Part shown: piece by piece, positions 26,442-38,170 of the stretch
Layout: every line of letters begins with the position of its first letter
Position numbering within the stretch: position 1 is the stretch's first letter
From: Octopus bimaculoides
Taxonomy: Eukaryota
Reading direction: 5' to 3'
Length of the DNA stretch: 64,000 nt
Assembly: GCF_001194135.2 (NCBI RefSeq)
Contig: NC_068996.1
Location: forward strand, 13,309,192 to 13,373,191
The notes under the pieces: model-generated
Told to the model about the DNA's origin: nothing
What the model saw: only the letters and a program-made list of their open reading frames with translations
Databases searched by the model: none
Program-made: the position numbers and the translations under genes

Positions 26442-27040
26442 TACTGGAAGCTATGTCAACACTATGGAATAACAACAGAAAAAAGATGGTATAAACGCAC
26501 GCCAGAAAAGGTCACAGAAAACGAGAAAGCAACCATACTCTGGGATATGCCAATACACACAGATANNNNNNNNNNNNNNNNNNNNNNNNNNNNNNNNNNN
26601 NNNNNNNNNNNNNNNNNNNNNNNNNNNNNNNNNNNNNNNNNNNNNNNNNNNNNNNNNNNNNNNNNNNNNNNNNNNNNNNNNNNNNNNNNNNNNNNNNNNN
26701 NNNNNNNNNNNNNNNNNNNNNNNNNNNNNNNNNNNNNNNNNNNNNNNNNNNNNNNNCATAGTAGGTGCCTTAGGTATAATAAAAAAATATTCAGACAAAT
26801 ACATAACAAAAATACCAGGACTTACAAATATATATAACATACAGAAAATTGCACCACTGAGTACTGCACATATTCTACGCAAAACACTTTCAATACAGTA
26901 AACATAAGAGCACCACAGCAAACCACAGCACATACCGAAGGCGCACAGAGCTGCGCTCGGTAGTGAAGTGAAAGCACGTTATAAAAATAAAACTACTGAA
27001 CAATAATAATAATTATAATAATGTTAATAATAACAATAAC

Positions 27041-27074
<34 letters not shown>
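26442..27074 (+). mobile_element. Dong/R4-type LINE 3' end, subfamily A copy 3 (5'-truncated), gap 26566-26756, (AAT)n tail
   Basis: 26442-26565 repeats ~25835-25955 with substitutions; 26757-27000 repeats ~26140-26385. Confidence 0.9.
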
Positions 27075-27077
<3 letters not shown>

Positions 27078-27745
27078 TAATTTCTCGAAAGTAACTTTTA
27101 CCCCACGAGGTAAATTCTCATTCCCCACACTCAAATTCATTCTTCGCTCTCTCTTCCCCTCTCTATCCTTCTCTTTCTAACTCTTTCTATCTCTCTTTAC
27201 TCCTGCCTTTCCCTCTCTGCAAAGCACCAGTTCTAGTTGCTAGTAAAAAGAAGCTGGGTATTTATTTGCGAGCAAGACAGTCCCAGTCAGAATACCGTAA
27301 GCTATGATCTTAATATGATAATACAAAGATATATCTAAAAAACATATGACATGTCTCTGCAACCTTTAATTTATTTAATTGATTGCTGTGGTTTACATGT
27401 AGAATTGAACTCAATTGTCCCGTCTTCGAATTTAATTAATTTCTCGAAAGTAACTTTTACCCCACGAGGTAAATTCTCATTTCCCCCTCTCTAATTCATT
27501 CCTCACCTTCTCTTCTTTTCCTTCCCTTCTTCTCTCTTTCTCTCTCTCTTCTCACTCTCTCTTTCTCTTTCTTTCTCACTGCCTCTCCCACTCTGCAAAA
27601 CACAAGTTTTAGTTGCTACTAAAAAGAAACTGGTTCTTTATTTATAGCCAAGAGATCCACAGTCAAAATGCCGTAAGCTGTGATCTTGATATAATACAAA
27701 GATATATCTAAAAATATACGACATGTCTCTGCAACTTTTAATTGA
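27075..27745. repeat. Diverged direct tandem duplication, period ~359 bp
   Basis: Both units start with an identical 48-mer (27075, 27434) and share a pyrimidine tract and gacatgtctctgcaac. Confidence 0.85.
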
Positions 27746-28049
27746 TTTCTTGACAGAAAACTTTTTTGTTTGGGTAGTAAGGAAAGCTACAGTAGGTACC
27801 TTCCCTCGGCGGTGATGCGATCCTCTACCATCTTTCCTTATGTTCAATATCTACCTCACTTCCGTGTTTACAACCACTCCTGAACCGTCCTCCCACTCGC
27901 CTTGTCGATCCACATGGATTATACTGAACTTGCTCTGTTAAATGGCTTCCTCCCCTCGCTAGTTGATCTTTCTTTCTTTTTCTCTTTCTTTTTTCTTTCT
28001 TTTTCTTTTCTCTCTGTTATTCTTTTTTTCTTTGTGTCAATGTCGGAGT

Positions 28050-31000
28050 AGTGAGGGAAGTTGAGCGCCCTTCACTTATAAAATGACCCAATAGCCTGCA
28101 CAAGACGTGTCTCTTGACAGTCAAGACAGACACCCTCGCCAAACTAACAGCAGAACGGGGAAGGCGAGTATCTGGCGCCTTCAAATAACCAGTGCCCCGA
28201 GCAGGCCATACTCGTTAGCCCTGGATGGAAAGCAGCCTAGGAGAAGGACCACTCTGAGTTCAAAACTTGGGGTGGAAGACCCCTGCTGCTTTGGCCGGGC
28301 TACCTTGATAGAGATGGTGTCTCGATAAAGATACCAATTGGTAGTAACCTAAAAACTGACCTCGTTTGTGAGTGAAAATGCCAAGTAGAAAATATGACAA
28401 TAACAGTGTGAACGAGAGAGGAACGAATGTTGAAGGTGCCTCACCCGGCAGGCCCCTCACTCGGCAGGTGCGCCACTATGCAGCAGGGTGGGTCCGGTCG
28501 TAATCCAGCAACTGCTACCCATGCTACAAGGCATAAGTGGAGGAAACAAGTAAACATGATGGTTATGGAATATTTCTACCGGAGCACTCCAGTGGATGCG
28601 GGGGCTGTGCCTGTCAGAGGGTACAGAAAATGAATGAACAGTGCATGGAAGGCAATGGATCTGTTTGAAATTACTGAACAGAGATTATGTGACCAAGCAA
28701 GAGCAATACGAAAGAATGGATGGCTAACAGAATTGGAGCTAGAAGCTATTAAAAGAAGGATATCGGGTAATGCTGGGCATTCGAGAAACGAAAGTGGTAT
28801 AGTGGAAGAGATGGACAATTGTCCGCAAGAATATGCTACCATGAATTGAGAAAGAATCGAGATTAGTGACTACTTAAACAATGAAGACCGATTAATAATA
28901 GACAAGATTTTGGATCTGTTAAATTCAGAAGGGACATAATTTATGCGCGACTTTAGGAAGGCTAACCAATGGAAACTAAATCAAGAGACGAGTAAAGTCA
29001 ATATCGTATTGAAATACATTGAAACAAAGAACATCACACAATCAAATAATCTTATCAAGACTGTCAGTTGGATTGTGGCAGAAAAATGGGATTGAGAACT
29101 ATTGAGAACAGAACAGCAATGAATAGAAGAGAAAATAAACAACCTTGGTATAAAAGGAGAATTTCAGAAGATATAAATGATTGAACAGTGTAGTGTCAAT
29201 ACTTGTCAGGAAGAGAAATGGAGTACTTGAGAATGAGTGCAAATTTGAAAACGTTAGGATGAAGTATGGTGTAGATACAAAAGCTCTGAATGTTTTAATT
29301 GAAGAACTGATGCAGCACATACTTGCAAAAAGAAAAAAAAAAGATAAAGAAAGAAGCAAAGCTAACTAGGTTTGAACAATGGATTAAGCAATATCGGAAA
29401 AACAAATTGTTTAGAACTGACCAAAAAAGATTTTACTAAGAGATGATAAAAAACTTGAAAGATTAGTTCCTGATGCTGATGAAAGACGACTTTTCTGGGG
29501 TAAGATATAAAGTAAGTAAGAACAACATTATACTACGGGTGAATGGATCTGCAGTCTGAAACAAACAGCTTCTTATCCCCAGTGAGAAGCTATCCATTTC
29601 ACAGAAGACAGTATAAGAAATATGAATAAAAAGATAAGCAATTGGAAAGCAGCAGGACCTGATAGTGCACAGGGATCGCAGATCAATCTAATATATTGAC
29701 CACTGGAGAAGAAGAAATCTCGGGCTGGTTGACAAAAGGACGAACGGCATCAAAATGAAATACTTCGACAATTACAGGCCAATTTCTTGTGGAAATTACT
29801 GTCAGGAGGAATTGCAGAAGAACTGTACAAATTTCTTGATGGGAACGATATATTACCGACGGAATAAAAAAGTTGTAGAAGGAGATGCGGAGGTACCAAA
29901 AATTAATTATTGAAACTCAAAATGGTAATGGAAGATTGTAAACGGATAACAAAGTTGGAAATAGACTGGATTGACTATCGCAAAACTTATGATATAATTG
30001 TACATTCGTAGATCACCGAGTGCTTATGTCTGTTCGGAATTGCGAGGAATGTAACGTATTTCCTGAAGAGAAGTATGATGGGGTGGAAAATTGAACTGAC
30101 TTCCTACGGAAAAAGTTTGGTCACCCTGGCGATCAGAAGAAAGATTTTCCAGGGTGATAGCTTACCTCCGTTACTTTTTGTTCTCTGCATGATACCCCTG
30201 ACCTTAGTACTTAGGAAAATAAACCTGGGGTACCAACTAAAGGAAAAATCCCAAACAATCAACCACTTCCTCTTCATGGATAATTTGAAACTGTATGGTA
30301 AAGATGAGACAAAAGTTAGTTCCTTGGTGAACAGGGTCCACTGTTTTAGTGCGGATATTAGAAGGAAACTGATTCAAGAAGTGTGGAATAATCTATCTAA
30401 AATGAGGCAAGGTACAGTCCTTAGCACGTATTGAATTTAGGAATAGACAACTGATTAAGCAAATTGAAACGGAAGGATACAAATACTTTGGTGTATTAGA
30501 GATAATGGAGAAGGAAATAAAAAAGCAACTGAGGAAGGAATATTTCCGAAGACTAAGGCTGGTGTTGCACTTAAAATTGACCGCATGGAATAAAATCGAA
30601 GCAGTTAATACGTGGGTGATAGCATCAATTCTATATGGAGCTGGTATTATAAAATGGCAAAAGAGAGAAATGAATGAAATGGATCCCAAGACCAGGAAAA
30701 TGTTGACAGTACATAGAGCCCTTCCACCCTCAGAATGACACCGATAGGCTGTACTTGTCCAGAAGAAAAGGTGGGGGGTGTTTGATCAGTTGCCAGAACT
30801 GTATCGAAGTAAAGGAAAACGACTTAGGGTGGTATATAAAAAGAAAATGCCGTGAAGCTATTGTTGGAACATACGAAGAAGGCCGGCGTCATCAAAACTG
30901 TGTATTGTGTAATGAAAGAAAAATTTAAAGAAAAAATGAACACAAAAAAGAAACTGCATGGAAGAAGAGAAAAATGTACGGTCAGTTTGCAAAATATGCG

Positions 31001-31133
31001 AACGCCAAGCCTAATGCAGAAAACCGGTGGCTATGGATGAGGAGGAATGACCTGAAGGTAGAGACAGAAGCATTCATATGCGCAGCTCAAGAACAAGCGT
31101 TAAGGACAAACTATATGAAGTGCAGAATAGACA
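28050..31133 (+). mobile_element. Dong/R4-type LINE, 5' region through RT, truncated at the start of the CCHC region
   Basis: ATRHKWRKQVNMMVMEYFYRS...GYRK*M...EQRLCDQARAIRKNGWLTELELEAIKRR; NWKAAGPD; WIDYRKTYD; IFQGDSLPPLLFVLCMIPL; INHFLFMDNLKLYGK; TEAFICAAQEQALRTNYMKCRID. Confidence 0.92.
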
Positions 31134-31577
31134 CTCTTCTTCTCCTTCTCCTCCTTCTCCTCCTTCTCCTCCTTCTCCTTCTCCTCCTTCTCCTTCTCCT
31201 CCTTCTCCTCCTTCTCCTTCTCCTCCTTCTCCTCCTTCTCCTTCTCCTCCTTCTCCTCCTTCTCCTCCTTCTCCTTCTCCTCCTCCTTCTCCTCCTTCTC
31301 CTCCTCCTTCTCNNNNNNNNNNNNNNNNNNNNNNNNNNNNNNNNNNNNNNNNNNNNNNNNNNNNNNNNNNNNNNNNNNNNNNNNNNNNNNNNNNNNNNNN
31401 NNNNNNNNNNNNNNNNNNNNNNNNNNNNNNNNNNNNNNNNNNNNNNNNNNNNNNNNNNNNNNNNNNNNNNNNNNNNNNNNNNNNNNNNNNNNNNNNNNNN
31501 NNNNNNNNNNNNNNNNNNNNNNNNNNNNNNNNNNNNNNNNNNNNNNNNNNNNNNNNNNNNNNNNNNNNNNNNNNNNN
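31134..31577. repeat. (CTC)/(CTT) compound trinucleotide repeat plus gap 31313-31577
   Basis: Seen directly in sequence; source of the poly-L/P/E/R pseudo-ORFs. Confidence 0.95.
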
Positions 31578-34400
31578 CTCCAGGGATAGTCGAGACTTCC
31601 TTGAAATCCCTGGAGCAAGTGCCCTCTCCAATTCCTTCTCTCCGACTCACAGGTCTACACTTAAAGAAGTACCATCCACTCTTGACCTTTTCGCAACTTT
31701 AACCTTTCAATAAACTCACTCGAGGACAGCACTTCCCTCTCTACTCTCAATTTCCTTTTCAAGTGAAACTTGAAAAAGTCAATGAGAACTCTACAAGAGA
31801 GGAATATATCTGTTCTCATACCTTTCAGCCTTGTTCACCAAACAACCTCTTTCCCTACAACAACTACGCAAAGGAAAACTACCTTGCCTGCCCGATTGAA
31901 GGGCGGTGGTGCGATCATCACTACAGACTCGGCCGACAGATGGATCCGTCCCACATGTGACAACAGTTGCTCGACATAACTTCACAAGTCAGCAATGTCC
32001 GTCCACTGAACGAGGATGTGCAGAATGGTTTCGCCACTTTGCGCGCACCTCGGACAAGACCATCTGACAGCACATTCATACCTGTGGAGTTTATCTCGAA
32101 CCGGTAGTACCCCGCGCTAGCACTTCCAGGCCAAGGACATATGGAAAGTATGCATGATAATTCCCGACCTGAAAGTCCTCAGGAACAGACTAGCCTGTTC
32201 GTTCTTGTCGGCGCCCAGAGTCTCTACGAGAACGTCATTGCACTTCCTCGCCACTAACCCTCCAAAAATTTCTAAAGTGGAACATCCACCGATCTCATTG
32301 CTTGACTAGTAGAGAGCTATGAGCGCCTGATAATATTCTGGGTGTCAGGCACCCATTCTCGGTCTTGTCCTCACTCAGGACTGCAGCTCCGTCAAGGAAA
32401 CGAGCTGCGGAAAGACGAGCCTTACAAACGGAGCCCAGACGCTCACCGTCCAGAAATCGTTGCAGGCGACGTAATCTAAGAGCGTGTATGCACATTAGGA
32501 ACCACAGCTTACCTAATTTTCTACTCCGGGGATGCTGACAACAGACTGACTGCCTGAATATTGGAACACGTCCCTTCCACAAGAATTTAAATAAGAGACG
32601 CTCCATTCTCGTGAAGCAGTAGCTGGAACAAGACACGACAGTCGACCAATAAATGATAACGAAGTCGATGTAAGCATTCGCCACCTCTACCCGACCTTTC
32701 AGGGACAAATTCCCCTTAGTTCATTTCTGAGTAAACTTGCTAGTCACCCTATTCTCCACCTTGTCACAGTTCTTATCAACCTGGAGGTCGGGACCAGCGT
32801 CCGACGATGCATCGTCCGATCGCATCATCCTGTGTCTCCAGGATATCAACCGCAAATCCACCATTTTGTCGGCGTTGTTTTAACTTCTTCAATCGACTCA
32901 TATTCCTTTAGGATGGTGCTGACTGTCTCCCCTTCAGAGGCGCCTTTCCTTGTCCCAGTTCGAAAGGGATGCCTCTTAGCTGTTCCAACTTCCGCAGCAA
33001 TGGCTCAAGTGCCAATACGTATAGAAGAGACGACAGCGGGCAGCTTTGACGGAGCGAGTGTGTGATGCCAAAAGGCTCCGATAGTAGCCGTTTACTTTGA
33101 CCACTGAATAGATGCCGCTGTGCATTGCAGCCTCCAGCCTCTGAAAATGTGTCTGAAACCGCCTGCTTTCAGGATGAAACTGTCTGCTTTCCAAATAGCA
33201 ATGGTCGACCCTATCCAATGTTTTCGATTGATCCAAATTGATCAGAGGACCCTCGAGCCAGCTTTGGTCCCAGCATTCTCTATGATGTATCGCATAAGAT
33301 GTAAGTTGCGGATGGACCTGCTCGGGATTGTGCTTGACCGTAACCAGTTGAGCATGTCCCTTGGGGGCCGACGATATGTGCATCTCTGATCATGAGCAGA
33401 AGTAGTGGGGGAGCATCATAGCCAAGTGTTGAGAGGATTTCTTTAACGTTTGAATAATTCACCGCTGGAAGTAGTCGGGGTACAGAATAATTCCCCTCCG
33501 GAAGTACTTGAGATACAGAAGAATTTATCTCTGGAAGTACTTGGGATGCAGAAAAATTCACCTCTGGAAGTACTTAGGATACAGAAGAATTCACTCCTGG
33601 AAGTACTTGGGATACAGAAGTATGTCATCACTCCTCCAAGACTATCCAGATATTGCAGAGCTTCGGTTTTGAATAAGACGTCCATGTCCCCAGGACTGCG
33701 TGATCACAATTCTTTCCACCAGAGCATTAGCTGCGTTCTCCAGGCGGCGGCTCCTCGCTGAGATGCAGCGCTAGCATATTGCTCTTTTTAAAATGTCATT
33801 TGAGAAGTATTGGGGGCGGGGATGATACTTTTCTATTAATGCTTTCCTCCCCTGAATGTTTCTATAACGAGCTGCTTCCTCTGTCTTTTGCTTCTTTTCT
33901 TCTAAACAGAGTTTAATTAGTTCCCTCTGCCTTGCTATGCCCGCAAAATTAGTTTGCAGTCAATGTTGTTGTTTAGTGAGTAGTTGATGGTGTTTATGTT
34001 ACTGCTACTGCTGAATGTATTACTGTTATCGTTACTTTTAATATTGTTGTTGTTGTGGTTGCTGTTAATATTAGGTTTTTCTTATGACTGTTGGGGCTGT
34101 TGCTGTTGCTGCCGTTATCTTCGCTGTCACTCTACAAGCGTAACATCGTGCTGTAACTGTTTGTGGTGGTGGTGGTGGTGGTGGTGGTGGTGGTGGTGGT
34201 GGTGGTGGTGGTGGCGGTAGTGGTGCTCCAGAGGCTGTTGACTTTTTCTGCTGTACCACCTATCAGTCTGACGTTATTAGGCTTCTTGTTGGTATTGCTG
34301 CTGTCGCTATCCTCACCTCTCAGCTTGCAAACGCGTGAGAAGAGTGGAGGAAGGGAGGGTTCTTCCGATCAATGTTTCGACGATGGGTGTCTTAGTTGAT
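31578..34400 (-). mobile_element. L1/Tx1-clade LINE remnant (low-complexity 5' region, ORF2 from RT to C-terminal CCHC; endonuclease missing)
   Basis: Minus strand: IPSRSIRNLHLMRYIIE, LINLDQSKTLDRVDH, SLRQSCPLSSLLYVLALEPLLRKL, LSLKGRVEVAN...LFKFLWKG, SCPRCAQSGETILH. YADD segment appears deleted. 5' boundary uncertain. Confidence 0.85.
33452..33622. repeat. 33-bp minisatellite, ~5 diverged units
   Basis: Units start at 33452, 33485, 33518, 33551 and 33584; consensus ~gaa(t/g)aattcacctctggaagtacttgggataca. Confidence 0.9.
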
Positions 34401-34414
34401 GCTACCATCTAGAA

Positions 34415-34700
34415 CAGAGGTTCCCAAACATTCTCGGGCTGCTACCCGCTTGGCACCCAGGCCACATTCCTAGCGCCCCCACCTCAACTAGCCTTCAAAA
34501 ACATAAGCCTCTTTCTAAAGCAAATTCAAAGCAACAATATTTCACAAATAAGACTTAACCTAATGAACCCATTATTTTGTTGTTTTTACATAAATTACCA
34601 TCCTATTATCACCCTAATTTTTACATGAATCGCTACCCGTCATCAGCCCACTTTTCTTCACTACCCCCTTGGAACTTTCCACCACCTCCAGGGGAGCAAT
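34415..34700. mobile_element. Truncated hAT-type MITE (left TIR only)
   Basis: tctagaa|cagaggttcccaaac resembles a Charlie-type target and TIR; no matching right TIR found. Confidence 0.45.
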
Positions 34701-34879
34701 ACTGACAATATCTGCATCTCTGATCACGAGCAGAAGTAGTAGGGGAGCTTTGTAGCCATTCAAGTAGTAATTAAAGTTATGTTAACGGGAACGGAACTAT
34801 TACCAGAGAAGGTATCGCATACGACATTTAAGAAAAGAAGTCCAACAGGTTGTCATCAAGCTCCAACAGGTTGTCATCA

Positions 34880-36005
34880 GGGCATTGATTAGGACCAGAA
34901 TCGAAGTTAAAAGTGCAGATGGAGGAAAATGAAAAGAGGTGATCAAGATTGTGATTGAATGTCGGATGAGAAATAAGCCAAAAAAAGAATGAATAAAGCA
35001 TTCTACCAGGGATTGATAGACCAGACCAAAGGAAATTCGTATGGACGAGAGGATTACAGGATTAGAGGTGGAAGAAATTCAGAGAAGAATACAAAATGAA
35101 CACGAAGGGTGTGAAACAACAATATCAGGAATTGATAATGAAAGAGTAAGAGATACAGAAAATGAAAAAGGAGGAAATCGCAATGCTGATGAAATTGAAA
35201 GTGAAGGAGATTTAGCTGGACAAGTGGCAATAAATGTGGCACAGGAGCTGAATGATGGAGAAAAGCAAATTGTAGATGCGAGGTAAAACGTTTGGTGTGA
35301 ACAATGAAGTACCACCATATGTAAACTATATAGATACAGGGAAAATAAGGACAGCCACAGGCAAAGTAAATGTTGTTTGAGTTTGGTTAAAACAGAGAAT
35401 GTTAGTGAAACAAAACGATTAATCATAGCTGCCGCTAATGTAGCTGACATAATAGGATGCAAATGAAAGACTTGAAAAAAAGAAAGGTAATGAAAAGAAT
35501 GAACCAAACTGGAGGAAGAGGTTACGAATGAAGTTGGAAAGACGCAGAAGCAATCGTATAGGATAATGGGAAGAGAATGAGATAGCAATCAGAAAATTGA
35601 ATGGACAGTACATGTTACAAAAGAGAGGAAAGCAAACAGTGCATGAAGAATTTTCATAAAGGGCGATTGCGTTAAAGGCCAAACTGAAAATACATGCAAA
35701 GGTTTTGAAATTGCGACAATTCGGATTATGGAAACTGTAAAGGTTGCGCCTGTAATAATTGGTGCATCAGGAACTGTGAGTAATGATATAGACAAATGCT
35801 TGAAGAAGATAGAAATGGAATTTCCTGTGGAGCTTCCTGCAGAAACTTTGCTTCTTAGGAACATGAAAGATTATCAGAAGGGTTTAGAGCACTTGAAAGA
35901 TTATCGAAAGCTTGTGGATAGCTAAGGTTGCTGGTAGTAATCTGTTAGCCACATAAATTCAGGAATAAGACCAAACTGAGTCAAATCGAATAACATTGTA
36001 ACACA
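34880..36005 (+). mobile_element. Internally deleted Dong/R4-type LINE (N-terminus fused to endonuclease end, RT absent)
   Basis: KIVIEC...ITGLEVEEIQRRI, TENVSETKRLIIAAA, then KVAPVIIGASGTVS...LGT. Confidence 0.7.
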
Positions 36006-36199
36006 ACTTTTGTTCTTCGGTGGCAAATAGGAACTATTATTTCCTATTTGCTTATCCTTAGAAAGTATGGAAAATGGCTAATATCTCCTTGAAAATTTTC
36101 TCTTGTCACATTTATTTCAAACTCAAAGAATCCCTCTCAGTCCATGACCTACCCTTCTTTTTTTCAAGTCTTCCATTTGTATCCTATGTACATATTGTC

Positions 36200-36970
36200 A
36201 GCCACTAATGGACATACACATCGGCCACACAACAAAGAGCCGTCATTGTGCAGAAAGTGTCGGCAGGAACTGAGAGTGTACTTACATTATTGGCGACTGC
36301 TCACGGTTAGCACAAAAAAGAGCATGGATAACGACTTGACAATATCGTTATTAGCATGTTCTAGAAATTCAGCAAAAAACACGATCTTCCGGGCACAGAT
36401 AAATGGTATGTCCCCATAGCACAAGCATTGGTTGAGAATGTGCGAATGAAGTTCACGTGAAACATGATTATCTTTACTGACAGGCGTGTAGAGCTTAATC
36501 ACTAAATTATGCACTAAGACACACATGATTGGGTCATTATAGGCATCGCTGTTCCTGCTGACTACACTGGTGATATCTCAGAAAGAATGAAGATAATTAG
36601 ATACCAGAATTTGGAAAGCCCACTATGAGAAATACATCAAGTAGCAGTCAAATTTTCCCTTGTATTATCGGTGCACTCGCAACAATTTCAAAGAATCTGG
36701 ATACAATACCTGAAGTCTTCGACATAACAGATGTATTAGAGAGCGCACAGATGGCTGCGGTGCTTGGAACGGCTCATGTGCTGAAGAAGATGCTGTACCT
36801 CTTAGTTGTGGGTAGGAGCTGAGACATAATTACATAAATGATCTGTGTTGTAGAACAACAACAATAATAATAACAATATTAACAATAACAACTACAGCAA
36901 AACAACAATGATGATAATGATGATGATGATGATGATGATAATAATAACAATAATATTACTACTAATAATA
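36200..36970 (+). mobile_element. Dong/R4-type LINE 3' fragment with (AAC/AAT/GAT) tail
   Basis: LCRKC...TESV..IIGDCSRLAQK (CCHC), IFPCIIGALATIS, AQMAAVLGTAHVLKK; tail at ~36855-36970. Confidence 0.8.
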
Positions 36971-36974
36971 AAGA

Positions 36975-38035
36975 AAACAAAGAATTAGGAAGTTGCTCAA
37001 TGCACAACGCACTCCATCCTGAAAGCAATACCCACCGGCTCAATTTATTAAGAAAGAAAGGTGGCGGAGAATTACTAAACGCGAAAGATACTGTTAATAC
37101 TGCGATACTGGGTCTGAAAAATTATATTGTGCAAAGTAAAGAGAGAATACTATCGGCAGCCAGAGATATCAAAAAGTGATTGTAACAATAGGAAAATTCA
37201 AAGAGAAAAGGAGGAACAACAGAACAAATAGATGGAAAGAAATAGAACTACCCGACCAATTCATGCAAAAACATTGGAAGTAAAGATCGCTGGCTCTGGC
37301 TGACGGACGGGAACTTCAAACGAGAGACAGACATGTTAATTATAGCCGCTCAGGAACAAAGCTGATAAAGGCCAAGATCGACAAAACTCAGACAGTAAAT
37401 GTAGAATATGCAGGGAAGGTGACGAAAGTATGAATCGCCTTTTGAGTGAGTGCAGTATTGTAGAACAAAAGGAGTATAATAGCAGACATGACTGTGTAGG
37501 CAAAAGTATGCATTGGGGTGTTAGCCGAGTGTGTGACTTCAAAACAATAAAAAATGTGGTATGAACACGAAACAGAAGCCATGAGAGAAAATGAGTATTA
37601 CAAGGGGTTGTAGGATTTCCAATAAAAACTGAACGTATTACTGAAGCAAGATAACTGGATATGGTCATAGGGACCAAATAAACAAACAGTGTAAGATCAT
37701 AGATTTTGCAATTCCCTATGATAGCAGAATCGATAGCAAAGAAATTGAAACAATTAAGAAATATCAGGGATCTAGCCAGAGAGCTGAGGGGACTGTGGAA
37801 GACCAAGACAACAATTATTCTGTAACAATTGGCGCACTTGGCACAACACCCGAAATGCTATCTAAAAGACTGAAAGAAATTGGAACAGAAACTTGCATTG
37901 TCGACCTGCAGCAAAGGACAATCCTATGTTTACCAAGAATTTTAAGAAAGATTCTTGAGATTTGAGGAGACTTGTTGCCACCAAGCCTCAAGGTAAAATA
38001 CCTGCTAACTAAATTCGCATACACTTGCGAAATAA
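36975..38035 (+). mobile_element. Dong/R4-type LINE 3' third
   Basis: MHNALHPESNTHRLNLLRKKGGG, RETDMLIIAAQEQ, KCRICREGDES...SEC, IIDFAIPYDSRI, VTIGALGTTP. Confidence 0.85.
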
Positions 38036-38041
38036 TTTTTT

Positions 38042-38170
38042 TCTAGTATAGGCACAAAGCCTGAAATTCTTGGAGAGGAGGATAGTCGATTACATTGACC
38101 CCAGTACGAAACTGGTACTTATTTTAGCGATCCCGAAAGGTTGAAAGGTAAAGTCGACTGAACAGAATTT
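38042..38170 (-). mobile_element. SINE family 2, partial
   Basis: ggcacaaagcctgaaatt...agtcgattacattgaccccagtacgaaactggtacttatttt. Confidence 0.75.

Noticed and set aside
33452-33622. Regularly spaced ~33-bp repeats suggestive of a CRISPR array
   Set aside because: Units are contiguous with no unique spacers, are mutually diverged, have no cas genes nearby, and lie in eukaryotic repeat context.
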